NCBI GenBank assembly: GCA_965226495.1
Contig: OZ245365.1
Coordinates: forward strand, 864,001 to 928,000
From: Candidatus Marinacidobacterales bacterium
GTDB lineage: Bacteria > Acidobacteriota > Vicinamibacteria > Marinacidobacterales > DATDRI01
Direction of reading: 5' to 3'
Length of the DNA stretch: 64,000 nt
In this document: one piece after another, positions 18,384-27,482 of the stretch
Layout: every line of letters starts with the position of its first letter
How positions within the stretch are numbered: position 1 is the stretch's first letter
Position numbers and translations under genes: made by a program
Notes under the pieces: generated by a model
What the model was told of the DNA's origin: nothing
Database searches by the model: none
The model's input: the letters and a program-made list of their open reading frames with translations, nothing else

Positions 18384-19643
18384 ATGCTCGCAAGGCTCGT
18401 TACGTTACTCCTGCTTCTTTCCGCCCCGGTTCTCGCCGAGACGGTGGCCATTCGCGCTGGCCACTTGGTTGATCCGACTACCGGCCTGGTGACCGACGAC
18501 CAAATTGTTTTGGTTCGAGAGGGAAAGATCGTTGAGGTGGGACCGTCGGTCAAGATCACTGAAGGCGCCGAAGTCGTCGACCTGAGCAACGCATGGGTGT
18601 TTCCGGGCTTGATGGATGCACACACCCATCTCGCCATGGGGCTGCCGCCTGCGCCTCCGGGTGAGTCCCTCTGGGAGATCTACCTGCTCAAAGAAAGCAC
18701 TGCCTTTCGTACGGCGCGCGCTATTCATCACGCCCGGGTTCTGCTCGAGGGTGGTTTTACCACCGTGAGGGACATCGGTAACGAAGGCAACTTCGCCATG
18801 ACCGCAGTGCGACAGGCTCAGGCCAAGGGTTGGGTAAGTGGACCGACCATCTTCAGTGTGGGGAAGATCATCGCCCCGTTCGGAGGACAGTCCTACCGGA
18901 TCGCGCCGGAGCAGGGGCCCTTTTGGCATTACGAGTATTTCGATGCCGACACCCCGGACGAGATCCGCAAGGCGGTGCGGCAGAACATCTACTACGGCGC
19001 CAACGCGATCAAGATGGTTGCGGACAATAGCGCTTTTCACTACTCCGAGGAGGAGATCCGTGCCGGAGTCGAGGAGGCACACGGAGCCGGACTCACGGTC
19101 GGAGTCCACGTCTATGTCGACGATGCCGCCCGGAGCGTCATCCTCGGCGGCGCCGACTCCATAGAACATGGGTTTCGATTGTCTGATGAAGTCCTTGAGC
19201 TCATGAAGGAAAAAGGCACGGTGTTGGTCGGGACCGACTTTCCGTATGAGCATCTGATGCAAGCGGGCCAGACGTTACCCCGCGATGAGAAGGAGACCGC
19301 CAACACCATCCTCGATCGGCTGCGACGAGCCCACCGGGTTGGTGTGAAGATGGCCTTCGGGACAGACGTGGTGGTGGATACTCCGGGTCGGACTCGGCTC
19401 GATAAGATGCTGGATTATCTGGACGTGTGGATCACGGCCGGGATCCCAGCGCCGAAGATTCTGAAATGCATGACCACCAACGTGGCCGAGCTCTTGTGGA
19501 TTGACGACGAACGGGGAGCGGTGAAAGCCGGCTTCGCCGCGGACATTGTCGCTACACCGGTGAATCCCTTGGAAAACATTCACACGTTGCGCGATGTGCA
19601 CTTCGTGATGAAAGACGGGGAAGTCATCAAATACTCGCAGTAG
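18384..19643 (+). CDS. Exported metal-dependent amidohydrolase (Xaa-Pro dipeptidase-like)
   Basis: Signal peptide; PGLMDAHTH, GFTTVRD, SIEHG, AFGTD and ADIVA motifs. Confidence 0.85.
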   Translation: MLARLVTLLLLLSAPVLAETVAIRAGHLVDPTTGLVTDDQIVLVREGKIVEVGPSVKITEGAEVVDLSNAWVFPGLMDAHTHLAMGLPPAPPGESLWEIYLLKESTAFRTARAIHHARVLLEGGFTTVRDIGNEGNFAMTAVRQAQAKGWVSGPTIFSVGKIIAPFGGQSYRIAPEQGPFWHYEYFDADTPDEIRKAVRQNIYYGANAIKMVADNSAFHYSEEEIRAGVEEAHGAGLTVGVHVYVDDAARSVILGGADSIEHGFRLSDEVLELMKEKGTVLVGTDFPYEHLMQAGQTLPRDEKETANTILDRLRRAHRVGVKMAFGTDVVVDTPGRTRLDKMLDYLDVWITAGIPAPKILKCMTTNVAELLWIDDERGAVKAGFAADIVATPVNPLENIHTLRDVHFVMKDGEVIKYSQ

Positions 19644-19666
19644 AGGGTCGAGAAAGGAGTTCTCTC

Positions 19667-20647
19667 ATGCGCTTCAAATGGTCGTTTTTCGGGTCCATCA
19701 TGAGTCTTGTCGTGTTGGTTGCGCCGGCGTCGGCGCAGGAAAACACCGTTCACTTCACTCCCACGGTTGGGTACCCGACCTACGCGGTGCGTGAGCCGGT
19801 CCTGCATTTGAAGCCGGGAACGAGACTCGTCTCGAGCACCAACTTCGGTGCTTATTACACCGAAGAGGGCGGAGATTTCCCGGGAGAAGTGGGCCCGTTC
19901 TATATCGACGGCGCGACCACTGAGGACACCTTGGTGGTTCGCGTGATCAAGGTCGAGCCCAATCACGACCTCGCCGTATCCGGACTTTACTCCGACTTCG
20001 GAGGCTTGGCGATGGATAAAACGGTGGTGCTCTTGAACCCGCGCATCGAGCCGCGTCGCTATCTTTGGCGTTTGGATCGGGAGAAGATGACCGGGACGAC
20101 CCAGCTTCCGGACAGCAAGATGAAGGAGATCGAGATCGAGCTGCAGCCGATGTTGGGTCGAGTGGCTGTCGCACCGAGAGGCGAGGAGGCCTTCGCGGGC
20201 CTCTGGCCGGGCGACTTCGGAGGCAACCTGGATGCTCCCGAGGTGCGGCCTGGCACGACGGTCTACTTACCTATTTTTCATGACGGAGCCTACTTCTATT
20301 TCGGAGACGGGCACGCTCGGCAAGGCCAAGGCGAGGTGAGTGGCACCGGACTCGAGACTTCGATGGACGTCATTCTCGAGATCGATCTGATCAAGGGTCA
20401 GAAGATCGATTGGCCGAGGCTCGAGGACGACCATTACATCATGGTGGCGGGCAGCGCCCGACCGCTCATCGACGCGTTTCGCCTCGCGCACGTGGAGCTC
20501 ATCGAGTGGTTGGAAGAGGACTACGGGTTCGGCCGTTTGGACGCCTATCTTCTACTGGGAGAGCTGGCGGAGAGTAGCGTGGCGAACATCGTGGATCCTG
20601 CCTACACCGTGCTGGCAAAGTTTCCGAAAAAATACTTGCCAAAATAG
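19667..20647 (+). CDS. Acetamidase/formamidase family protein with signal peptide
   Basis: GPFYIDGA, GGNLD and GDGHARQGQGEV motifs; signal peptide ending ASA. Confidence 0.85.
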   Translation: MRFKWSFFGSIMSLVVLVAPASAQENTVHFTPTVGYPTYAVREPVLHLKPGTRLVSSTNFGAYYTEEGGDFPGEVGPFYIDGATTEDTLVVRVIKVEPNHDLAVSGLYSDFGGLAMDKTVVLLNPRIEPRRYLWRLDREKMTGTTQLPDSKMKEIEIELQPMLGRVAVAPRGEEAFAGLWPGDFGGNLDAPEVRPGTTVYLPIFHDGAYFYFGDGHARQGQGEVSGTGLETSMDVILEIDLIKGQKIDWPRLEDDHYIMVAGSARPLIDAFRLAHVELIEWLEEDYGFGRLDAYLLLGELAESSVANIVDPAYTVLAKFPKKYLPK

Positions 20648-20677
20648 TCAGCCCAAAAGACAAAGGGGAGGAAACGG

Positions 20678-21868
20678 ATGGACGGGAAGACGAACAGAGA
20701 GACCCCCAATGTGAGGTCCACGCTCTTCATTCTCGTGGTCACAGCGTCGATCTTATTGCTGCGCCCCCCGGAGTCGGGCTCTCAGGGGCGGGATGCCGCA
20801 GTAGACCTACTCGCCGAGTTGACCAATGCGCACGGCGTCGTGGGATTCGAAGGGGAGGTCCGGGACATTCTGCGGCGAGAGTGGGGAGGGTTACTGACTG
20901 ATCTACACACCGACGGAATCGGGAATCTGTTTGGCACACTAGAGGGACAGTCGGAGTCGCCCCGGGTCTTGCTGATGGCTCACATGGACGAAGTCGGTTT
21001 CTTGGTTAGATACATCGATGAGGACGGCTTCATCTACTTCAATAACGTCGGCGGCTATTTTTCTCAAAGTGTGCTGACCCAGCGCCTCTCTATACTGACT
21101 CCGAACGGGCCGGTCCTTGGATACACCGGCATGAAATCGGGACACATCCTCCCCCGCGAGAATCGCATGACGATGGTTCCCCTGGAGGACATGTTCATCG
21201 ACGTGGGAGCCCGCAGCCGGGAGGAAGTTGAAGGGATGGGCATCCGGCCGGGGCTTCCAATTACCTATGCGACCGAGTTCCAAGTCCTGAATGGGACGAG
21301 CCGCTATCTGGCGCGGGCTTGGGACGACCGCGTAGGCCTCGCCGTGATTATCGAGGCGCTACGGCAGCTGAGGAGCCGAGAGCATCCGAACAACGTTCAA
21401 GTCGCCGCGACCGTGCAAGAAGAAGTCGGCCTGAGAGGTGCCTCGGTGGTGCAAGCAAGTACGCGACCCGACATCGTGATCAATCTCGAAATCGGGATCG
21501 CGAGCGATTTTCCATTGCTCACGTCGCCAACAATGTCTCAGGAAGCCTTGGGTAAAGGTCCGGGCATTTTCGTGTTCGACGGGAGCATGATCCCCAACAA
21601 TAAGTACGTGGACTGGATCATCCAGGTAGCCAAGGAGAACAACATTCCCTACCAGTTCGAGTCGGTCACCGGCTACGGCGAGGATGCCGCGATGCTACAG
21701 AAATCGGCGCAGGGTATTCCCGCCGTCACCATCGGTATTCCGACACGATACGGGCATAGCCAATCAGGCGTAATCGACCGAGCGGATTACGACAACACCG
21801 TCAGACTCGTGGTGGCGATGATCGAGAAACTCTCGGCCTCAGAGGTGGAGTCGATTCGCGCATTCTGA
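20678..21868 (+). CDS. M42 family metallopeptidase with N-terminal hydrophobic segment
   Basis: AHMDEVG, FIDVGA, AWDDRVG, QEEVGLRGA and PTRYGHS motifs. Confidence 0.88.
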   Translation: MDGKTNRETPNVRSTLFILVVTASILLLRPPESGSQGRDAAVDLLAELTNAHGVVGFEGEVRDILRREWGGLLTDLHTDGIGNLFGTLEGQSESPRVLLMAHMDEVGFLVRYIDEDGFIYFNNVGGYFSQSVLTQRLSILTPNGPVLGYTGMKSGHILPRENRMTMVPLEDMFIDVGARSREEVEGMGIRPGLPITYATEFQVLNGTSRYLARAWDDRVGLAVIIEALRQLRSREHPNNVQVAATVQEEVGLRGASVVQASTRPDIVINLEIGIASDFPLLTSPTMSQEALGKGPGIFVFDGSMIPNNKYVDWIIQVAKENNIPYQFESVTGYGEDAAMLQKSAQGIPAVTIGIPTRYGHSQSGVIDRADYDNTVRLVVAMIEKLSASEVESIRAF

Positions 21869-21909
21869 CCGAGTTCTGTTTTTTCTGGCGACGTGCGTGA
21901 GGACGAAGT

Positions 21910-22383
21910 CTACGTATCCCCGTGGCGGAAGTAGACCTTATCGGTAATCTTCCAGCCGTCGTTAAATTTCAGCAGCGAAAGGTAGTCGGTATAGACGTGC
22001 TTCGAGTCCTTGAAGAGCTCGATCTTCGCGACCGCAGCGTTTTCGGTGACGTCGACGAAAACGAACTTGTGATCCCACTTTTGATCGGCGGGGTCGAAGT
22101 TCGGCGCCGATTTCCGTTCCTCGATGCCTACGATCCAGTCATCGATGGGGTATTCACTGAGGGCGCCGTCGTTGACTCCATGGATCTTGAAGACCGGGTG
22201 GAACCCGGCACGCATGGTCTCGGTATCTAGGTCGTTGAAGGCGCCGTTGATGTATGCGCCTTCGATCAAAGCCTCGACCGCGGCCTTATCGACGTCGGCC
22301 TCGGAGTACAGCGCGGCGTTTGAAGCGAGCGCGACGACGAGCAGGGCGAGGGCAAGAAAGCTGAGCAGGCTGATTCTCTTCAT
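21910..22383 (-). CDS. Exported NTF2-like (lumazine-binding-2/SnoaL-like) protein
   Basis: Signal peptide MKRISLLSFLALALLVVALA; AVAKIEL...YTDYLSLLKFNDGWKITDKVY; RBS GGAGG. Confidence 0.8.
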   Translation of the reverse strand: MKRISLLSFLALALLVVALASNAALYSEADVDKAAVEALIEGAYINGAFNDLDTETMRAGFHPVFKIHGVNDGALSEYPIDDWIVGIEERKSAPNFDPADQKWDHKFVFVDVTENAAVAKIELFKDSKHVYTDYLSLLKFNDGWKITDKVYFRHGDT

Positions 22384-22641
22384 TAGTATTCCTCCCATAT
22401 CACTCTTGGTATCGAGAATGGAGAATGAGGTGGCTGAGGTGTGGGTGCCTCTCGATGCCCGTCAGTCTAGTCCAATCCTTGGGCGGTGCAAAGCAACCTG
22501 GCGAAGGCTGCGAGTTAACGCTAATGCCGTCAATTGGTTATGACGGTGGGTGGGCCAGTCTGAAAACCCGCTTGCCACAGAACCCCTCCTCGAATTACCA
22601 TCGATGTCTCCCTAACCACTACCCGAAAAAGGGGGGCGATT

Positions 22642-23136
22642 ATGCCGGGACCCACTGCCGCAGACATCATGAGTCCTCTGGTCGTGACGCTCACGCCGGA
22701 AGAGGACATCTATTCCGCCATGCGCACCTTGTTGAAGAAAAGGCTCTCTGGTGCGCCGGTGATCGATCGCGAAGGCACTCTCGTCGGAATGCTGTCCGAA
22801 AAAGACTGTCTTAGAATTCTGACCGCCGAGGCCTTCGATGGCCTGCCTTTGGGCACGGTGGCCGGTTATATGACGAGCCCGGTCGAGACCGTGAAGATGG
22901 AGACCAGCATCTACGACATCGTGACTCGTTTCCTGGAGAGAGCCTTTCGGAGAATGCCAGTCTTGGATGGTGGGGGGCATGTCGTTGGACTGGTCACTCG
23001 TCGCGATCTGCTCGTCGCGATCGAGTCGTTGAGAGACAACTCCTATCTCTACGGCACCGAGGACCAGCATCTCTCTCTTGACGAGAGCGCCGGTGTCGAC
23101 TCCGCCATGCGACGTGCGCGAAGCCAAAAAGACTGA
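22642..23136 (+). CDS. CBS-domain protein
   Basis: SGAPVID...GMLSEKD and RRMPVLD...GLVTRRD. Confidence 0.88.
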   Translation: MPGPTAADIMSPLVVTLTPEEDIYSAMRTLLKKRLSGAPVIDREGTLVGMLSEKDCLRILTAEAFDGLPLGTVAGYMTSPVETVKMETSIYDIVTRFLERAFRRMPVLDGGGHVVGLVTRRDLLVAIESLRDNSYLYGTEDQHLSLDESAGVDSAMRRARSQKD

Positions 23137-23194
23137 TCGGTTGCAGCGACATCTGGAAAGGGGCCGAGCGCGCTAGCGCGCGCGGGATCCCGCC

Positions 23195-23923
23195 TTGCAG
23201 TTTCGTATCGCTCCCACGATTTTCGAAGTTTTCCAGGAAGTGCGGATCGGTGTAGTGACTGCGCATGGGTTGGACAATCACGGCAGCGATCCCGCCATCA
23301 CATCACAAGTGCGCGAGGCGGAGACCGCCTTGGTCGAGTCCTTTCGAGATGGCAATGTCACCGAGCACCCGCGAATCGCCCCTTGGCGCGAGGCTTACCG
23401 AAAGTTCGGGGCCAAGCCGAAGAAGCACCTTTCCTCGATCGAAAGCCTTGCCCGGCGCGCCATCAAGGGTGATACGTTGAGGTCGATCAATAAGCTCGTC
23501 GACATTTACAATGTCGTATCGCTCCGGCATATCGTTCCCGTAGGCGGCGAGGATCTCGACCGGATCGAGGGAGACATCGTCCTTGTCCGTGCCAGCGATA
23601 ACGAGGCTCCCGTGAGGCTCCTCGGAGAGGCGGAGGAGCGATCGCCGTCGAACGGCGAGGTCATTTACAAGGATGATCGCGGCGCGATTTGCCGGCGGTG
23701 GAACTGGAAGGAAGCCGACCGAACCAAGCTGACGGAGGATACTCGGAGGGCGGTTCTGGTTATCGAGTCGCTGCCACCGGTCGACCCGGTCGCCGCGGTA
23801 GGAAGCATCGAGCTCCAACGAGCCGTCGATGATCTCGCCGAGCTGATCCAGCGTCATTGCGGCGGCGACACGGTGACGACCATCCTCGACCAGGAGCGGC
23901 CCGAGACCGGGCTCGATCACTGA
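23195..23923 (+). CDS. B3/B4-domain protein (PheRS beta-related tRNA editing domain)
   Basis: WREAYRKFG, SSIESL, INKLVDIYN.VSL, PVGGEDLD, GEVIYKD and CRRWNWKE motifs. Confidence 0.88.
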   Translation: MQFRIAPTIFEVFQEVRIGVVTAHGLDNHGSDPAITSQVREAETALVESFRDGNVTEHPRIAPWREAYRKFGAKPKKHLSSIESLARRAIKGDTLRSINKLVDIYNVVSLRHIVPVGGEDLDRIEGDIVLVRASDNEAPVRLLGEAEERSPSNGEVIYKDDRGAICRRWNWKEADRTKLTEDTRRAVLVIESLPPVDPVAAVGSIELQRAVDDLAELIQRHCGGDTVTTILDQERPETGLDH

Positions 23924-23931
23924 CCATTGAC

Positions 23932-25122
23932 ATGACAAAGCATGGCTCGGAGCGCGGCACGTGCAGCCCCACTTGTACCACCGACGAGGAGGCTCGCTTC
24001 CAGGTGACCAAAGAATTCCGCCGCTTCAACCAGAAGGGTGACATCTTCAGCCGCTCCTTCTGGGACTCCACCATTCGCTCGAAGGACTCCGACAAGTTCT
24101 ACGAGTCTTACCGCCTGCCCCTTGACGAATGGCGTCATGTGGACGGCTATCACCAAAAAGACTTCGCGCTCCGTAACGCGGGCTGGCACGTCGCCGACTT
24201 CTTTGCCGAGAGGTTGCAAAATGAGGATCGCCGGGAGGGTTTCCTAGATTATCTGACGGCACACCGTCAAGGTGCGAGCGAGAAGCGAGAGATCGATTCG
24301 TCGGCTCAGATGAGCAAGGAGATCAAGAAAGTCGCCAAACTTTTGGGGGCCGACTTGAGCGGCATTACCCACTATGACGAACGGTGGGTCTACACCCACA
24401 AATATAGCCGGGCCACCGAGGACGAGGTGGAGATGGATCTACCGGAGGGAATGACATCGGTCATCGTTGTCGTGCATGAGATGGATCACGACGTTCTTAA
24501 GACGGTCCCCTCGGCTCTCAGTGGAACCGCCACCGGAGTCGGTTATTCGAAGGACGCGGTGACCTTGCTCGCGCTCGCTCAATACATTCGCAATCTGGGA
24601 TGCCAAGCCTACGCGAGCATGAACGACACCGCAGCCAGTATTCCCTATGCGATCAAGGCGGGGCTCGGAGAGTACGGCCGCCACGGTCTGCTGATCACTC
24701 AGGAGCTCGGACCGCGTCTCCGAATTGGCAAGGTGTTTACGGATTTGCCACTCGCTCATGACAAGCCGACCAGGTTCGGAGTGGAGGAATTTTGCAGCGT
24801 TTGCCGTCGATGCAGCAATGACTGTCCCCCTCAGGCGATTGCAAAGGACGAACCTTCGGATCGGATTTTCAACCGATCCAATATCCGGGGCGTTAGAAAG
24901 TGGACGACCGACGCGGAGAAGTGTTTCAGTTTTTGGGTGAAGCAGGTCACCGATTGCTCCATCTGCCTGAGGGTCTGCCCCTACAATCTAGACTACCCGC
25001 GTTGGGTTAACCGATTGCGCTTCCGGCTCATGGGTTCATCTCTGAGAAGACCCATGCTTTTGCTCGATTCGATCTTGGTCGGCGGCACACGCCGTCCTCC
25101 GAAATGGTGGTGGAGCCGCTAG
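23932..25122 (+). CDS. rdhA: Reductive dehalogenase-like protein (cobalamin, 2x[4Fe-4S]), no Tat signal
   Basis: DFALRNAGW, IKKVAKLLGADLSGI, YIRNLG, AGLGEYGRHG and VFTDLPL; Fe-S motifs CSVCRRCSNDCP and C...DCSICLRVCP. Confidence 0.75.
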   Translation: MTKHGSERGTCSPTCTTDEEARFQVTKEFRRFNQKGDIFSRSFWDSTIRSKDSDKFYESYRLPLDEWRHVDGYHQKDFALRNAGWHVADFFAERLQNEDRREGFLDYLTAHRQGASEKREIDSSAQMSKEIKKVAKLLGADLSGITHYDERWVYTHKYSRATEDEVEMDLPEGMTSVIVVVHEMDHDVLKTVPSALSGTATGVGYSKDAVTLLALAQYIRNLGCQAYASMNDTAASIPYAIKAGLGEYGRHGLLITQELGPRLRIGKVFTDLPLAHDKPTRFGVEEFCSVCRRCSNDCPPQAIAKDEPSDRIFNRSNIRGVRKWTTDAEKCFSFWVKQVTDCSICLRVCPYNLDYPRWVNRLRFRLMGSSLRRPMLLLDSILVGGTRRPPKWWWSR

Positions 25123-25139
25123 CAGAGCAACCTAGGGCA

Positions 25140-26650
25140 CTAGCTATCTAGTGTCGTAAAGAGGTTGTTCAGGGACTCGGCTAGCGTCGGATGAGCGAAG
25201 GTGCCGTCCTTGATAGCCGTGTACGGCAACTTTCCCATCATGGCCACTTGCAAGACGGCCATGACCTCGCCACCGTGAACGCCTAGGATCGCGCACCCCA
25301 GAATCTGTTGGCTTTTCGGATCCACGAGAGCCTTCATGAATCCACGGGTCTCGTCGGATTCGAGCGCCCGCGCAACTCGCGTCATGGGTAGTTTCGCCAC
25401 CCGTATGTTGAGCTTCTGAGATTTCGCCTGTTCCTCCGTCAGGCCGACGCGACCCAACTCCGGATCGATAAAAACGGTATAGGGTACGAAACGTCCTTTG
25501 GTGGTCACGTCCGCTCCTTCGAGAAGGTTGTCCCGAATGATGCGATAGTCATCGTAAGAGATATGGGTGAACGCGGGACCTCCGTTGGCGTCACCCAAGC
25601 AGTACACTCCCGGCACGTTGGTCTCCAAGCGCTCGTTAACGAGGATATAGCCTCGCTCGTCGGTGCGGATCCCGGCCGCCTCGAGATTCAAGTGATCATT
25701 TACGGGGACCCGCCCCACCGCGACGAGTAATTGGGTTCCAAGCGCTCGTTAACGAGGATATAGCCTCGCTCGTCGGTGCGGATCCCGGCCGCCTCGAGAT
25801 TCAAGTGATCATTTACGGGGACCCGCCCCACCGCGACGAGTAATTGGGTTGCCCGAATCGTATCCGTTCCTTGCGCGCTGTCTACCGCCGCGAGGATTTG
25901 ACCGTCGCCGTCTTGCTCGAACCGTGTCGCCGTAGTTTTCAGCCTGACGTCAACGCCTTCCTCGCCGAGGATTTTCGCGATCTCCTCCGCGACGTCAGGG
26001 TCTTCACGCGAAAGCAGCTGCCCCGATCGCTGGAGGACCGTCACCTTGCTTCCGAAGCGTCGGAACATCTGTCCGAACTCGAGCGCGATGTAGCCGCCTC
26101 CGAGGACGAGTAGATGCTCGGGAACGGAATCCAATTCCATGATCGACGTCGAGTCGAGATAGGGGAGGTCCTTCAAGCCAGGAATATCGGGGATTAGCGG
26201 CCGGAGGCCAGTATTAATGAATATCTTCTCCGCCGAGAGTCGCCGGGGGCTTCCACCTGGGGGGGCGACTTCGATCTCATTTGGACCGGTGAAGCTGGCT
26301 TGGCCGAAAATGAGTTCGACGTTCTCCAGTTTCTCGAGCCCTCGACGACCTCCGCCACTGAACAGATCGACGATATTGCGTTTGCGCTCGCGGACGCGAA
26401 CCATGTCTACCGTCACGGGCGACGTACCCACACCATAATCCGCGGCCCGCCGGGCCACGTGGGCAACCCGGGCACTGGCGACCATGGTTTTGGTGGGGGT
26501 GCAGCCTTTAATGACGCAGGTGCCACCCACTTTGTCCTCCCGCTCGATGATGGCGGTCTTCCAACCTGCCCGTGCCAGGCTCCCGGCCAGTGGTTTTCCA
26601 CCCTGTCCGGTACCGATCACGATCGCTTTATAGTTCTCAGGGTTCTCCAT
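25140..26650 (-). pseudogene. RclA-like pyridine nucleotide-disulfide oxidoreductase, frameshifted by tandem duplication
   Basis: GTGQGG, GGTCVIKGCTPTK, GGGYIALE and terminal [12 protein letters not shown]. Split into ORFs 25700-26650 and 25140-25718 by a 113-bp duplication. Confidence 0.8.
25624..25850. repeat. Perfect tandem duplication, 113-bp period
   Basis: TCCAAGCGCTCGTTAACG...GAGTAATTGGGT at 25624-25736 is repeated at 25737-25849. Confidence 0.95.
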
Positions 26651-26712
26651 ATTTAGATTCCTTTCGAGGAGGGACGCTCCTGTGCTAGCCTCTTTTGTGT
26701 GCGGTGACCAGA

Positions 26713-27468
26713 ATGTATCAAGCGGTTATTTTCGATCTGGATGGAACGCTGGTGCAAACGGAGAAGCTCAAGGCGACTTCTTATGCACGAGCGGCCGTCG
26801 AGCTTTGCCCTCGGAGCTCCCGTAATATTGACGAGGATGAGGTTATCGAAGCCTTCAAGGAGGTCGTCGGGAGCTCTCGACAAGAGGTGTCCCAGTTCTT
26901 GCTCGACCGGTTCGAATTGGAGAAAGCCGCCGGGTCTCTGATGAATGAGTTCGGCGTGACCACACCCTGGCAAGCATTCGCTCAAGTGCGTCTCCGAATC
27001 TACGACAAGATGTTGGCCGATCCGCAGGTATTGGTGGACCACCAATGGCCACATAACTTGGATCTCCTCCATGACGCGCGGAAAAGCAAATGCCGCACCG
27101 GCCTGGCCACGATGTCCCATTGCGCGCAGGCGCGACGTGTTCTTAGAGTCTTGAACCTTACCAACGAATTCGACTTCGTGGCTACTCGAGACGACGTCGA
27201 GCATCCCAAACCGCATCCTGAGATCTATTTCTTGGTAGCCCGCGCGCTCCAGGTTCTTCCAGGCGAATGCCTGGTCATCGAGGACTCTCCGGCCGGCGTG
27301 CAGGCGGCGAAATCTGCTGGCATGGGGGTCATCGCCGTGACCACGCCGTTTACGCGACAGGCCTTCAAAGAGCGCGACATACTGGCCAGCCGCTTCGTCG
27401 TTGACGAGCCTAGCAAACTACCTGAGACCCTAAGAGAATGTATCAAAGCCCACCAGTCGCCGAGCTAG
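26713..27468 (+). CDS. HAD-family phosphatase (beta-PGM/CbbY-like)
   Basis: IFDLDGTL, KPHPEIY and VIEDSPAG motifs. Confidence 0.88.
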   Translation: MYQAVIFDLDGTLVQTEKLKATSYARAAVELCPRSSRNIDEDEVIEAFKEVVGSSRQEVSQFLLDRFELEKAAGSLMNEFGVTTPWQAFAQVRLRIYDKMLADPQVLVDHQWPHNLDLLHDARKSKCRTGLATMSHCAQARRVLRVLNLTNEFDFVATRDDVEHPKPHPEIYFLVARALQVLPGECLVIEDSPAGVQAAKSAGMGVIAVTTPFTRQAFKERDILASRFVVDEPSKLPETLRECIKAHQSPS

Positions 27469-27482
27469 GGGAGGAGCCCTAA

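Noticed and set aside
23932-25122. Epoxyqueuosine reductase QueG forming a queuosine pathway with the QNG1 gene
   Set aside because: N-terminal and Fe-S-region motifs look RdhA-like, and the two genes are 16 kb apart. An HMM comparison would settle it.
25140-26650. Mercuric reductase MerA
   Set aside because: No N-terminal metal-binding domain, no C-terminal Cys-Cys pair and no mer genes nearby. The C-terminus fits the RclA-like group.
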